A DNA stretch of 64,000 nt from Eledone cirrhosa. Taxonomy: Eukaryota. A program made the position numbers and the translations under genes. Below, one piece after another: positions 25,934 to 40,652 of this stretch. The notes beneath the pieces are model-generated. The model was not told the DNA's origin. It saw only the letters and a program-made list of their open reading frames with translations, and ran no database searches. Each line of letters starts with the position of its first letter. Within the stretch, counting starts at the first letter, position 1. The stretch lies in NCBI GenBank assembly GCA_964016885.1, contig OZ024740.1, forward strand, positions 371,814,001 to 371,878,000. The letters are read 5' to 3'.

Positions 25934-28900
25934 TACCGTCTTCGGCGGCTACGATGTGTACGCATCTCCCAGTCGTCCGGGATCGGGGGGAGGAGTTGCT
26001 GTGCTTTTCCGGAGAGGTTTGGATCTCGCCATAAGGGCCATCTTCCTGGACCCAGAAGGTAAGTTGGTGGTGCTAGACGTGACCAGCGGAGACGGGCAAG
26101 CTTTCAGGCTAGTGGCCGTCTATGCCCCGACAGGAGCAGATTGACCTGATTTCTTCCGGTGTCTTGAGACCTATCTTGGAACGTCCCGCTCTTTAGTGTT
26201 AGTGGGCGACTGGAACGGGATCTTAGATGCACAGTGGGACAGTGTGGGATTAGAGGATAGGGGAGGGGAGTGCAAGAGCCTCACCAACCTGCTCAGGCGT
26301 TTTTAATTGTCTGACAGGTACCGATTGGATTTCCCAATGTGGACTTGGATAAACCGTATCGGGTCATCCAGATCATATCTAGATAGAGTATTTAGTAAGG
26401 AAATAGATAGGTCTAGCATAGGCTGTCCACAATTCAAGATAGTCAGCTACACGGACCACAAATTTCTGATCTGTGTGCTTGACTTAGATAGGCTTCATAG
26501 ACGAGGACCCGGCGACTGGAAGCTAAACACGTCCTTACAAGCGCGCAAGGCCTACAGAGACCGGATTAGCGAACTAGTTAAGCGGGCGTTGACGGGGGCT
26601 ATCGTCAACAACAAGTGGTGGTTTGCTCTGAAAAGAGCGATTAGAATAGAGTCCATTAGGTTTAGTAAGGCTTTAGCAATAGAGAAAAATAGAGCAGAGG
26701 GAGAACTAGTTAGAAAATTAGACGAGGCGCTTAGCAAAGGCATCGCGACCGACGTACTTGCGGCGAAATTGGCCCTTCACCAATTCTTCAATGTAAAGCA
26801 CGAAGGCTGCGTTGTCAGAGCTAGGGTGCGTGCTCTCAGACACGAGGGGACGAAAGCCGTTAAATGGGCTCGAGTGGCGGAGGCGCGTCGTGGCAACAAA
26901 GCCACGATCCGGTCTTTGGTGGACCACGACGGGCGCATGCTACTCGATCCTGGGCAAATGTGTGAAGCTTTCCAGCGACACTTCGCTCAGCTGTTCAGGG
27001 GCAGCGGCGGGCCGGGTCGAGGGATGGACTTTAGTGTCTACCTAGACGGACTGTCGCGGCTCTCGGCCACTGACGCGGAGTGTTGCGAAAAGCCGATAAC
27101 AGCCGCTGAAGTACGGGAGGGAATGATTGGCTGCACAAGGGGTAAATCGACTGGTTTGGATGGTCTGCCCTATGAACTTTATGTACAGAAACCAGACTTA
27201 TTCGGAGGCCTCTTAGTGGACCTCTACTGCAACTGGCAACAGAACGGGAGAATTCCCAGCTCTGTGAGCCGAGGAGCTGTGGCGCTGCTGAGAAAGGATC
27301 CGGACAAGGGGGATAACATAAATAATTTCAGGCCCATAACTCTGCTAAAAACAGAGTTCAAGATTTTGTCCAAGGTGCTAGCAAAGAGGTTGGCGCTTGT
27401 CGTTGGTGGTCTGGTAGGAGAGGCGCAGACATGCGCCATTCCCGACAGATCCATCCACGACAACCTCCACCTCATGCGATACATCGTAGAGAGGGTAGCT
27501 AGGGAACCTGGCACGGGTGGGTCCTTGATCAATTTAAATCAGTAGAAAGCTTTCGATAGGGTCGACCATCGTTACCTAGCGGCTGTCCTGAGGGCGGCTG
27601 GCTTTGGGCCCGTCTTCAGAGGCTGGATCGCTGCCATCCACAGCGACATCTGCTCTGTGGTGAGAGTGAACGGTCACCTTTCGGAACCGTTCAACATCAT
27701 GCGCTCGGTCCGCCAATGATGTCCTCTCTCATCCCTCTTGTACATATTGACTCTCGAGCCATTACTGCACAAACTGGAGACGTTGAGGGGGTCCCGCGCG
27801 AAATAGGATGCGGAGGATCCGTGTCAGCATATGCGGACGATGTCACCGTAGTGGTGTCGAACGCCAAACCCATTGAGGCGATCGGCACTACACTAAGAGA
27901 ATACGAAGCGGTGACAGGAGCAATGATCAACCAGGAAAAGTCAGTGGGCCTGCAGCTCGGCACCTGGAGAGGCAGGTCCATGCCGTCCAACAGCGTTGTC
28001 GGGCGCTGGACGGACGGACCAGTTAAATTGCTCGGGCTCTGGTTCGGTCCGGATCTCCAGACGGACAAAAGCTGGGACGAGGTGACGAGCAGGGTGGCTT
28101 CTCTCACCCAGAAATGGGCCGAGAGGAAGCTATCCCGGAAAGGTCGAGCGGAGGTGGCTAACGCGTATATCGCGTCCGTCATCTACTACCGCCTGACAGT
28201 CGTGCCTTGTCCTAAGCCCCGCCTGACTGCGCTGGAGCGTTTGCTCTGTCGCTTTTTGTGGAAGGGACGCGCTCCGATGGTCAGGCGGTCCATCTGCTGT
28301 CAACACCCGGTACGTGGAGGGCTGGGAATGCCGTGGCTGATGATGCGCAGACACGCGCTGAGGCTACGACATCTCCACCTCTTCCTCGACGGAAATCAAC
28401 TAGCCAATCTCTTCGGAAGAACTTTCGGGCCGGGGCCTATGGACAACTTCCAGAAATCCCTGGCCTGGCAGTACTACCGAGGAGCTTTGCCAGTTCGGGA
28501 TAAACTCTACAGGCATGGAGGTGCCGTCAGCCGGGCATGTCCGAGATGCGCACAGGGTGACGAAACCGTCCTGCACGCACTCGTCCAGTGTCCGAGCATT
28601 GCTGACTTATGGGTTTATGTCGAACACCTGTTGTCGCGGGTGGGACGGATCCAGCTATCAGCTGAGTCCATCGTGAGGATTGCCCCACCCTCTTCCTTTA
28701 GCTGGGAAGTGCAGCCAGTTTTTATCTGTCTGGTGGCCATGGCAAAAGAGATAGTATGGTGGACACGTTTGAAAGGGCTGAAGACAAGTACTTACCTCTT
28801 CGGTGATGCCCTGATTAACTTTTTCAAATTTCATTTGAAAAGGAAAATCAGGGTAGAAAGGGAAGTGCTCTCTTCCCAGCATTTTGTTGAAAGATGGGTG

Positions 28901-28954
28901 AGAGAGGCAAGAATGGCCCGAGTGAATGGGCCTACTCTGAGTATGTGTCTGTAA
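25934..28954 (+). pseudogene. Tx1 ORF2 of copy A (endonuclease-RT-CCHC), disrupted
   Basis: VYAP, VGDWN, YLDR, TDHK, WKLN, GLDGLPYE, NFRPITLL, AYADD, GGLGMP, CPRC..DETVLHALVQC. Confidence 0.93.
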
Positions 28955-29228
28955 ATTAAAGGTGGAAAACTCGGAGAGGGCATTGCCCTAGTGGTAATGG
29001 GTCACTGTGGCTTTTTAATGGGCTTTCACCACCAATGTCCCTCGGAAGTCTCCACCCTATTGGGGAATTTCTTCATTGTTCTATTATTACATCCTCTGTT
29101 TCTTGTTTTTTACACGCAGAAATACCCATTTGTACCGCCCTGTATTGTTCTGTACTGTCCTTAATGTCTACTTTATGTAAACCCTTGTGGTTAATAAAGA
29201 AATCATTATTATTATTATTATTATTATT
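25934..29228 (+). mobile_element. Tx1-type LINE copy A (5'-truncated inside the endonuclease; same family as copy C) with (TTA)n tail
   Basis: Highly similar to 37434-40876; several stops and frameshifts; about 240-bp internal deletion at 28392; ends CCCTTGTGGTTAATAAAGAAATC(ATT)8. Confidence 0.93.
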
Positions 29229-29434
29229 GGTCTAAGCGGACGTATTTTGCTCGCTCACAGTAAGTCGCTTTATTTGCCAGTTTAAATTATTTGTTGTTAA
29301 ATATTTCTTGTTGTGTAAGGGATATAAGCCCTTAGACTTTGCACTGTGAAGGGGAAAGTATAATATTCGGGCCTTTTGGCCCAAATATTTGAACTTTCTT
29401 TACATGTTAAAAAATTTACGAAGAAAAAAAAAAC

Positions 29435-31348
29435 ATGGCTGAGCCACGCCCCCAGCGATATGTCGGCTGTCGTGCGACAACGACGTAGAAGTTGAGAGGA
29501 GCGCTACAGCAAAGTTAACACACATTGACAACACAAACACCACCACAAACAAGGTAAACAAAGATACCAATGATACCAATAAGAACTCTAATTTGAAAAA
29601 AAATGACAGTAACAGCGACAACGAAAATACAGATAACAAAAAAAAACAAAACAAATACAACAATATCAACACCACTAACATGAAAACAAATAGCGACAAC
29701 ACCAACAGCAACAATACCAACTGCACCGAGAACAACGGTGGCAGCAAAGACAACAATGATAACAGCGACAGTGCTAACAACAACACCAACAAGAACAACG
29801 TCAACAACTCCCCCAACGAAAACAAGACCACTTTCGCTGCGGCAGCAGCAAAAAAGAGGCCATGCTTCAACATGGACCTCTCAAACTTAACTGTCCCGGT
29901 AGAAGCTATTGAGGCAGTGGAGCGCAAAATGGTGCATTATAGATGCATCTCAGCACAAACTAAAAGGGCAGCGTTAATCCCACACGAAGATATCGAAGTC
30001 GCGCTGAGGTGCATCAGAGAAGACACCCAGTACATAGAGAGGGGCAGACAGTACGGCACCATTTCGGTGTTGTTCAAGTCAGAAGCCCTCGCGATGAAAC
30101 ACGCCATGACTCCTTGCAAAACCAACAAGGTCATAATGTACCCCTCCCACATGGGAAAAAGAACGGCCCGTCTCCTCATTCCCAGAATCCCACCAGGACT
30201 TGACATGTGGTGGCTTCTGGGATGTGTGATTGTGGAGGGGACGGATACAGTCCCTATAGAAGTGACCAGAACGGCCAGAGAGGACTGGTCCGGGGTTGAC
30301 CTAGAGATCCTTCTCCAGATCAGGCCCGAGAATGTGAAGACAATCCCAGACCACATCCGCCTCCAGAATGGGACTGTCATTCACATTATGACCGAAGGCA
30401 AAAGGCCGCAGTGTTTTGTTTGTGGGGAAAAAACCCATTTGCGAGCCTTCTGCCCTCAACTGCTGAAAGAGGCAAGGGGTCGAAAGGCTCCACTGCTGCC
30501 GACGCCGGGGCGAGGACCACAACCAACACCTGCACCGGCAAAACCACCAACAACAACACCAATAGAAAGACCACCAACAACATTGACCACCCAGGGGGGA
30601 AACGAGGAAAGCTGTCAAATTCCCCCTCCTCCCCAAAATACACACACCAATAAAACCTTAAACTTACATACAGACACACTTACAGACACAGACCCCTCAT
30701 CTACCAGTAGTGAAGATGAGGGAAATCCAAAATGCCCCGAAATACAAAAAAAGGAAATACAAAAAGAAAAAAAAACTCAACAAAGCACAAAAGCACCCAA
30801 AATAAAAAACGCAGACACCACCCACGCAAAAATCTCTCCAATAACCTCCAACATCAACACCACCATCACCATCACCAGAATCCCCCAAACGCAAACAACC
30901 GAAACAGATGCAAGAACAAATATACACACAAACATCTGAAACCACAGACAGCGCACTCACAACAAACACAGATACAACCGAAACAACACCACCAAAACAA
31001 TCACCACCACAGCCACGCAAACAAATCAAATCACACCAACAAAACATACAAAACTTCGTGCTCGTCAGGAGAGCCAACAAGGAACTGATGGCCCTCGTAG
31101 CACGAAGTGAAAATATACAAAAAGAGGGGGAAATTTTTAAATCGAGCACATTTCGCGTGCCGGAAGATTTGGTTCTGGTGCGAATGTCACTCGACATATT
31201 CAAAGAAATACGAGACAGCTTTCCTCGGGACGTGGGAACCCCGAACGTAAAACCCACTTCAAGACTTTTAAAGGGGTTCCCAAAAGAAACCCCACTAACT
31301 ATGGAGATCGAACAACCCGACCTTCACAAGAGTCCGGAAGGTAAGTAA
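29435..31348 (+). pseudogene. Tx1 ORF1 of copy B (gag-like; zinc knuckle; Asn/Thr/Pro-rich linkers), frameshifted
   Basis: CFVCGEKTHLRAFC knuckle (CX2CX4HX4C); RGRQYGTISVLF block shared with copies C and D; pieces 29593-30939 and 30908-31348; start codon inferred. Confidence 0.85.
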
Positions 31349-31379
31349 ACATTCCTCTCTCTCAGTTTAACCTGCCAAC

Positions 31380-34300
31380 ATGGCCGTATTAAGAGTAGGA
31401 TGTTTAAATGTTCGAGGCCTGGGATCGTCCTGGAAGCAGGGTCACCTGCTCAACGTCCTCAGGTCTATAGAAATGGATGTAAATGCAGTCAGCGAGACCA
31501 GGATTTCCGACACGCGCGCACTAGCCCCCATTTTCGACGACTATCAGATCTTTGCAACTGTTAGCCAGCCGGGAATGGGAGGCGGGGTGGAAGTGCTGTT
31601 TAGGAAAGGCCTGGATCTCGAGATATGGTCGATCTTCCGGGACCCGGACGGGAAGTTGGTGGTCCTGGACGTGAACAATAATGAAGGTGGTGCCTTTAGA
31701 CTGGTGGCCGTCTATGCTCCTACTGGGGCAGGACGGCCGGACTTCTTTAGACGCCTGGAAGCCTTTCTGGGTACGTCTCGCCCTTTACTGTTAGCGGGGG
31801 ACTGGAACTGCATCTTAGACGCACGCTGGGACTGTGTGGGAGTATCCGATAGGAGCGGGGGGTGCAAAAGCCTCAAGAACCTGATCAGCCAGTAACAACT
31901 GTCTGACAGGTACCGACTAGATTTCCCTAATGCGCCAGTGTAGACCAGGGCTAACCGCATAGGGTCATCTAGATCGTATATAGACAGGATATTCATTAGG
32001 AAAATAGACAGAAATAGTGTAAGCTGTCCACGTTTTGAAACGGTCGCCTATTCAGATCACAAGTTTGTGATCTGTATGGTCGACCTAGATAAGACGCGTA
32101 GGTTAGGACCTGGTTACTGGAAGCTAAACATGTCATTTCCGGCACGTAAGGCTTACAGGGACCAGGTCAACAATTTAGTTAAGAAAAAGTTGACAGGGGG
32201 AGTCGTCAACAATAGATGGTGGGGGGCTCTCAAAAGAGAGATTAGAGTAATGTCGATAGAGTTTAGCAAAGAAGTAGCATTAGAGAAAAATAGAAAGGAG
32301 GGAGAGTTGGTTGATAAGTTAGACGAGGCTATTGGTAGTGGCATTGTAACTGATGTGCTAGCGGCGAGAATGGCATTAGATCATTTCTTCAATGCGAAAC
32401 ACGAAGATTGCATTGTCAGAGCTAAGGCGCGTGCTCTGAGAAACGAGGGAACCAAAGCTGTTCGATGGGCCCGCGTGGCAGAGGCGCCGCGTGGTAATAA
32501 AACCACGATTCGGTCTTTGACGTACCGAGACGGGCTCGAGCTGAGCGATTCCAAGAGGATGTGTGAGGCCTTTCTCCAACATTTTGCTCGGTTGTTCGGG
32601 GGAAGTGGCGGGTCAGAGATGGTGGCGGACTTCAGTCCCTACCTCGATGGCTTGCCGCAACTCTCGACGGCTGACGCTGGGCGCTGCGAAAGGCCAATTA
32701 CTTCAGCCGAGATTCAGGATGCCCTTGTAGGCTGCATGAGGCGCAAGTCACCCGGTTTGGATGGTCTGCCCTACGAGCTTTACGTAAATATGCCAGACTT
32801 GTTCTCCAATCTCCTCGAAGCGTTCTACTGCAACTGGCAGCAAAATGGGAGTATTCCCAGTTCTGTGAGCCGGGGCGTAGTGACGCTGATAAGGAAATAC
32901 GAGAACAAGAGGGACACATTAGACAATTTCAGGCCCATAACTCTGCTCAACACAGAGTTTAAGATTTTGGCCAGGGTGTTAGCGAAGAGGTTGGTGCTTG
33001 TCGTCGGGGATTTTGTTGGGGAGGCGCAAACTTGCGCAATCCCAACCAGGTCCATACACGACAACCTCCACCTAATGCGATACATCATAGAGAGGGTAGG
33101 GTGTAAACCTGGCTTCGGTGGGGCTCTGATCAATTTAGATCAATCGAAAGAATTCGATAGGGTCGACCATCGGTACCTGGAGGCTGTCCTCAAGGCGGTG
33201 GCTTCGGCCCCGTCTTCAGAAGCTGGATCGCTGCAATGCACAGCGGCACCTGCTCGATGGTCAAAATTAATGGCCACCTCTCGGAACCGTTTCAGGTTTC
33301 CCGATCGGTCCGTCAAGGGTTCCCTCTCTCCTCCCTTCTGTACGTATTGACTCTCGAGCCTTTACTGCGGAATCTGGAGCTGTTGCAGGGCATCCCGCTC
33401 GAACCGGGACGCGGAAAAGCTGTGTCGGCTTATGCGGACCACATCACCGTGATGGTGTCGGACACCTCAGAAATCGAGGTGGTCGGCAACTTATTGGAGG
33501 AATATGAAAGGTTGACGGGAGCAAAACTTAACCCGGAAAAGTCAGTAGGCTTGCAACTCGGCACCTGGAGAGGCAAGTCCATGCCATCCAACAGCGTCGT
33601 TAGGCGCTGGACGGACGGACCGGTAAAGTTGCTAGGGTTTGGTTCGGGCCAGACCTCCAGGTGGATAAGAATTGGGACGAGGTGACGGGCAGGGTAGTCA
33701 GTCTCACCCAGAAATGGGCTGGGATGAAACTATCACTGAAAGGTCGGGCGGAGGTGGCGAACGCGTACATCGCGTCCGTCATCTACTACCATCTGACTGT
33801 CGTCCCTTGCCCCCGTTCGCGCCTCGCCATCTTGGAGCGGCTCCTCTTCAAATTCTTGTGGAGGGGTCAGGTTCCGCTGGTGAGGCGGTCCATCTGCTGT
33901 CAGCACCCTCTACGTGGAGGGCTGGGCATGCCGTGGCTAATGATGCGCAGGCACGCGCTGAGGCTGCGGCATACCCAGATATTCTGCCAAAACGGTGAAC
34001 AGGTGTGGTCGCCGTTTGTCAGACGGGCCTTTCCGCAGCTCGTTTCTTTGACTGAGTTGCAGTCCTGGGTCAAGAAGAGACCGACACTGGGTGACTGGCA
34101 TCTGGAATGTTGCCAGGCACTCACTGCTCTCTACAAGGGGACCAATGCGGTCAGTGGAACTTCCACTCTCGAGGTCTATAGAGGATTAGTGGTGGGCATG
34201 TGCGACGACGCACTCGGAGAGGCTCTGGGAGTCAACGAAGTCGAACTAACCAGTCTGTACCGGAGGACTTTCGAGCCGGGGACGATGGATAATTTCCAAA

Positions 34301-34800
34301 AATCCCTCGCTTGGCAGTGCTACCGCGGGGCACTGCCGGTTCGGGATAAACTCTACAGGCACGGAAGTGCTGTCAGACGGACCTGCCCGAGATGCGCGCA
34401 GAGCGACGAATCCGTTCTGCACGCACTCGTCCAGTGTCCGTGCATTACTGACTTGTGGAGTTATGTTGAACAGCTGTTGTCGCGTGTAGAACGGATCCGG
34501 CTATCGGCCGAGTCCATAGTGAAGATCGACCCGCCGCCTTCTTTTGGCCAGGAAGGGCAGGCAATTTTCCTCTGTCTGGTGGCCGTAACGAAAGAGGTTG
34601 TATAGTGGACGAGGTTGAAAGGACTGAAGACAGACACTTTTCTCTTCGGCCAATCCCTCATCAACTTTTTCAAGTTTCACTTGGAAAGGAAGGTGAGGGT
34701 GGAGAGAGAAGTGCTTCCCCCCAGTACATTTGATGAAAGGTGGGTGAATGTGGTGAGAATGGCCCGTGTGAGTGGGCCTACTCTGGTCATGCGGCTGTAG
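31380..34800 (+). pseudogene. Tx1 ORF2 of copy B, disrupted
   Basis: MAVLRVGCLNVRGL, SETR, AGDWN, NFRPITLLN, VRQG, AYADH (YADD mutated), CPRC; several stops and frameshifts. Confidence 0.93.
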
Positions 34801-35315
34801 GTAGGTAAATTTGAAGAGGAGAAGGGTGCCCTTCCAGGGTGCTCTCGAAGAGTCGGGTCGTTCAGGACTGGTGGGGTACCTGAGCGAACCCTAGGTGGTC
34901 ATCCCCCCTATTGGGGAATGTTTTTCTTGTTGTAATTTTCTTGTTACTTTACTGTTACTTTGTTATTGTTACTTTGTTTATTCATATTGGTTACTCGATT
35001 TTTCTGTAAAACCCCACTGTCCCGGTCTTTTGTATTGTCCCCTATATGTCGGCCCTTGTGGCTAATAAATGAAATCATTATTATTATTATTATTATTATT
35101 GACGACCTACGTAGTAAATCGTATCATCGTGAGCTCCGCAAAGGTTTGTTATTTTCAGTTGTTTAAAATTGCCATTTATGGAAAATTTTTATTGTTAACT
35201 GTATATAAGTGCACATACATTGATTTCTGAAAAGGACACTAAAAAATATTGGGGCCTTGCGCCCAAAATTTAAACTTCTTATAATTATCAAACAAAAATT
35301 TTTCTTTGAAAAATC

Positions 35316-37253
35316 ATGGATGTCTCAGAGTCACTCCTTCCTCACACTCTAACACCGACACCATCATTGTAAATATTGCTACGTTTGCCAACACTGGAAA
35401 TGTAAGCAGTACCAATATTTTAAATTTGTCTCAGGCAGACGTTCATTTCCCGCTATTAGCAATGACTGCAGGTGTTAAAGCCGCCACCACCATCACCACC
35501 ACCGCGACCACCACCACCCCCATACCACCACAGCGACAACAGAAACAAAATAAAAAAATAAAATATCTCGTGTTATCGAAATGAATTCAACTAAAATGAA
35601 CTCTTCCACACCGAACACCACTGACGCCACCACCACTACAACTGAAACTAAAATTAACAATAGCAAAAATAACGATAACAACAACAGCAACAATGAAATT
35701 AAGAAAACTACCCTGAGTTTTGCCAGAGTAGCAAAAACGTGCGAAGCGATCCAGGTAACTCAGGAGGAATTAGAAGAAGACAAAGGAATGGTAAAGAATG
35801 ATGGGTAGAGGGTCAGCCCCCCACCTAATAAAATGGAGCAACGTCGCCTATGCACCGTGTCTTATCGGACAATTAACATAAAATCGCGCCGAGTGGAACG
35901 GGCATCCGAGTACCAAATCCAAAAAGCTTTAGGACATGTGTGGGCAAAAAAAACCCATATCAGACGTGGGCAGAAGTATGGAACCGTGGACGTGTTCTTT
36001 GAAACACCACAGGGGACCAGAGAACACTCCATGGCCCCATTAAGAAGTGACGACTTCACACTCGTCCCAAGCTATTGTGGCAGAGACTTGTGAAGATCAG
36101 GGTGACCCACGTTCCACCGGCCATCGAAATTCCCTGGCTAATGGCTGCCGTCCTCGCCGGCATCGAGGCCAACACCAAAATAATAGAAATAGCAAAAGAA
36201 AAGCAGGAGAACTGGTCCGGATCTGGGATGGAGCTCCTGATCCAAGCGGACCATAAAAGCATTGAGGAGATCCCAGAGGTAATAGACCTCACTGACGGCA
36301 GCCACCTCACCGTAATCGTCGAGGGCAGAAGACCTAGGTGTGTCGTTTGTGGTGAAGGAACCCACCTACGGGCTTTCTGCCCTCAGGCTAAAAGGTTGAG
36401 GCCACCTCTCTTACCCACCCCTGTGACTCAACCATCAACACCACCAACAGCAGAAATTGCAGCAACAACTGTAGCAGCAACAGCAGAATCAACTGTAACA
36501 GCAACAACCCCAGCAACAGTAGCAAAACCAACACCATCACCACCACCCAACGCGCCAGAACTAGCACCAGCGCCTACACCATCCACCACGCCACAACCAA
36601 AACCAACGCCTGTGGAGGATTTACCAATCCCCGGCTTATCGCAACTGGAGACAGATTGTGACGACAAGGGGTGAGAAACGGTATCAGGAAAAAAAAAAAA
36701 GAAACCAAAAAAGAAAAAAATTCTCTTCCTTCCCCCTCCAAAAACAAAATACAGAGGGAAACAAATAAATTAACAAACAAAAAAGTTAGGACAGATATGC
36801 CACCATACACACCAGCATCACCAACCCCATCACCACAAACACCAACACCATCACCATCATTAACCCCAACACCACCATCACCAACACCACAAAAGTCACG
36901 AAAAAGCGTAACAGAAACAAACCCACAACAAACGCAAACAAAACAACGAAAACGATACACACTACACATCATTAAATTTGAACAACAACCAATTATTACA
37001 CTACATGCAACACAACACCAGCATCACAGAAAAAGACTACACAACAACTCAAAAGTTCACACCACCTCCACACATACAAATAACTCGCATCACACAGAAA
37101 ACGTACACGACACTAAAACAAAAATTCCCCAAAGACATCGGAGACTTCCGACAAACACTCTCCAGGAGGATTTATAAGGACATCCTTCCGGAGGAGACCA
37201 CAAGCAGTGAAAAGGATGGACAAACCATCCTTCCTCTACGAGAAGTAAGGTAA
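35316..37253 (+). pseudogene. Tx1 ORF1 of copy C, frameshifted
   Basis: LSFARVAK, RRGQKYGTVDVFF and CVVCGEGTHLRAFC knuckle; start codon inferred. Confidence 0.85.
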
Positions 37254-37287
37254 GTGGTCTTTCCCATCTTTTCCACTCCATTTCAAC

Positions 37288-40200
37288 ATGACCTCTCTCA
37301 GAATAGGCAGCATAAATGCGCGTGGCTTGGGGTCGTCATGGAAGCAGGGCCACCTGCTCAACGACCTCAGGTCACTAAACATAGATGTAGTAGCCATCAA
37401 CGAGACCAGAATCTCCGAAGCAGGGGCCTTCGTACCGATCTTCGGCGGCTACGATGTGTACGCATCTCCCAGCCGTCCGGGATCGGGGGGAGGAGTTGCT
37501 GTGCTTTTCCGGAGAGGTTTGGATCTCGCCATAAGGGCCATCTTCCTGGACCCAGAAGGTAAGTTGGTGGTGCTAGACGTGACCAGCGGAGACGGGCTAG
37601 CTTTCAGGCGAGTGGTCGTCTATGCCCCGACAGGAGCAGGGCGGCCTGATTTCTTCCGGCGTCTGGAGACCTTTCTTGGAACGTCCCGCTCTTTAGTGTT
37701 AGTGGGCGACTGGAACGGGATCTTAGATGCACGCTGGGACTGTGTGGGATTAGCGGATAGGGGAGGAGGGAGCAAGAGCCTTCCCAACCTGCTCAGGCAT
37801 TTTGAACTGTCTGACAGGTACCGATTGGATTTCCCGAATGTGCCAATGTGGACTTGGACAAATCGCATAGGATCATCCAGATCATATCTAGATGGAGTAG
37901 TTTGTAGAGAAGTATATAGGTCTAGCATAGGCTGTCCACAATTCAAGATAGTCAGCTACACGGACCACAAATTCCTGATCTGTGTGCTTGACTTAGATAG
38001 GCTTCATAGACGAGAACCCGGCTACTGGAAGCTAAACGCGTCCTTACCAGCGCGCAAGGCCTACAGAGACCGGATTAGCGAACTAGTTAAGCGGGTGTTG
38101 ACGGGGGCCATCGTCAACAACAAGTGGTGGTTTGCTCTGAAAAGAGCAATTAGAATAGAGTCCATTAGGTTTAGTAAGGCTTTAGCAATAGAGAAAAATA
38201 GAGCAGAGGGAGAATTAGTTAGAAAATTAGACGAGGCGCTTAGCAAAGTCATCGCGACCGACGTACTTGCGGCGAAATTGGCCCTTGACCAATTCTTCAA
38301 TGCAAAGCACGAAGGCTGCGTTGTCAGAGCTAGGGTGCGTGCTCTCAGACACGAGGGGACGAAAGCCGTTCAATGGGCCCGAGTAGCGGAGGCGCGTCGT
38401 GGCAACAAAGCCACGATCCGGTCTTTGGTGGACCACGACAGCGCATGCTACTCGATCCCGGGAAAATGTGTGAAGCTTTTCAGCTTCGCTCAGTTGTTTG
38501 GGGGAAGCGGGGGGCCGGATTGAGGGATGGACTTTAGTGTCTACCTCGACGGACTGCCGCGGCTCTCGGCCACTGAGGTGGAGTGTTGCGAAAAGCCAAT
38601 AACAGCCGCTGAAGTACGGGAGGCAATGACTAGCTGCACAAGGGGTAAATCGCCTGGTTTGGATGGTCTGCCCTATGAACTTTACGTACAAATGCCAGAC
38701 TTGTTCGGAGGCCTCTTCGCGGACCTCTACTGCAACTGGCAACAGAACGGTAGAATTCCCAACTCTGTGAGCCGAGGAGCTGTGGCGCTGCTGATAAAGG
38801 ATTCGAACAAGGGGGATAACATAGATAATTTTAGGCCCATAACTCTGCTAAAAACAGAGTTCAAGATTTTGGCCTAGGTGCTAGCAAAGAGGTTGGCGCT
38901 TGTCGCTGGTGGTCTGGTGGGAGAGGCGCAGACATGCGCCATTCCCGACAGATCCATCCACGACAACCTCCACCTCATGCGATACATCGTAGAGAAGGTA
39001 GCTAGGGAACCTGGCACGGGTGGGTCCTTGATCAATTTAGATCAGTCAAAAGCTTTCGATAGGGTCGATCATCGTTACCTAGCGGCAGTCCTGAGGGCGG
39101 CTGGCTTTGTGCCCGTCTTCAGAGGCTGGATCGCTGCCATGCACAGCGACATCTGCTCTGTGGTGAGAGTGAACGGTCACCTTTCGGAACCGTTCAACAT
39201 CATGCGCTCGGTCCCCTCTCGTCCCTCTTGTACATATTGACTCTCGAGCCATTACTGCACAAACTGGAGACGTTGAGGGGTGTCCCGCGCGAACTAGGAT
39301 GCGGAAGATCCGTATCAGCATATGCGGACGATGTCACCGTAGTGGTGTCGAACGCCAAACACATCGAGGCGATCGGCACTACACTAAGAGAATACGAAGC
39401 GGTGACAGGAGCAATGATCAACCAGGAAAAGTCAGTGGGCCTGCAGCTCAGCACCTGGAGAGGTAGGTCCATGCCGTCCAACAGCGTCGTCGGGCGCTGG
39501 ACAACGGACCGGTTAAATTGCTCGGGGTCTGGTTCGGTCCGGATCTCCAGACAGACAAAAACTGGGACGAGGTGACGAGCAGGGTGGCTTCTCTCACCCA
39601 GAAATAGGCCGAGAAGAAGCTATCCCTGAAAGGTCAAGCGGAGGTGGCTAACGCGTATATCGCGTCCGTCATCTACTACCGCCTGACCGTCGTACTTTTT
39701 CCTTTCGCTTTTTGTGGAAGGGACGCGCTCCAATGGTCAGGCGGTCCATCTGCTGTCAACACCCGCTACGTGGAGGGCTGGGAATGCCGTGGCTGATGAT
39801 GCGCAGACACGCGCTCAGGCTACGTCATCTCCACCTCTTCCTCGACGGTGATCAGGTGTAGTCTCCGTTTGCTAGACGCGTCTTTCCCCAGCTTGTCTCC
39901 TTGACGGAGCTGCAGTCCTGGTTCAAGCGAAGACCGAGAGGGAGCGCTTGGAGACTGGAATGTCTTCAGGCGCCCACAGCCCTCGACCAATCGGGCAATG
40001 TGATCGGTGGAAACTCCACCTTGGCGTTCTATAGAGGATTAGTAGAGGGGAAGAGCGACGACGTACTTGGGGAAACTCTAGGCGTCGACTAAAATCAACT
40101 AGCCAATCTTTTCGGAAGAACTTTCGGGCCGGGGCCTATGGACAACTTCCAGAAATCCCTGGCGTGGCAGTGCTACCGAGGAGCTTTGCCAGTTCGGGAT

Positions 40201-40652
40201 TAACTCTACAGCATGGAGGTGCCGTCAGCCGGGCATGTCCGAGATGCGCGCAGGGCGATGAAACCGTCCTGCACGCACTCGTCCAGTGTCCGAGCATTGC
40301 TGACTTGTGGGTTTATGTCGAACACCTGCTGTCGCGTGTAGGACGGATTCGGCTATCAGCTGAGTCCATCGTGAGGATTGCCCCGCCCTCCTCCTTTAGC
40401 CGGGAAGGGCAGGAAGTTTTTATCTGTCTGGTGGCCATGGCGAAAGAGATAGTATGGTGGACACGTTTGAAAGGGCTGAAGACGAGCACTTACCTCTTTG
40501 GTGATGCCCTGATTAACTTTTTCAAATTTCATTTGAAAAGGAAAATCAGGGCAGAAAGGGAAGTGCTCTCTTCCCAGCATTTTGTTGAAAGATGGGTGAG
40601 AGAAGCAAGTATGGCCCGAGTGAATGGGCCTACTCTAAGTATGTGTCTATAA
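37288..40652 (+). pseudogene. Tx1 ORF2 of copy C, disrupted
   Basis: MTSLRIGSINARGL, NETR, VGDWN, LDQSKAFDRV, AYADD, CPRC. Confidence 0.93.

Larger units (their letters stand above)
29229..35100 (+). mobile_element. Tx1-type LINE copy B, apparently full length (~5.85 kb), flanked by (TTA)n on both sides
   Basis: 5' UTR, ORF1, short spacer, ORF2, structured 3' UTR, AATAAA and (ATT)8. Confidence 0.93.

Noticed and set aside
29400-29927. Leu/Val-rich minus-strand ORFs opposite Tx1 ORF1 (also 30697-31257, 47950-48378, 49279-49674) resembling membrane proteins
   Set aside because: By-product of the A/C-rich sense strand; not conserved in sequence between families.
31341-31365. Tiny GT..AG intron within the ORF1-ORF2 spacer of copy B that might fuse the ORFs
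   Set aside because: Only 25 nt, and the spacers of C, D and E have no AG between the pyrimidine tract and the ORF2 ATG.
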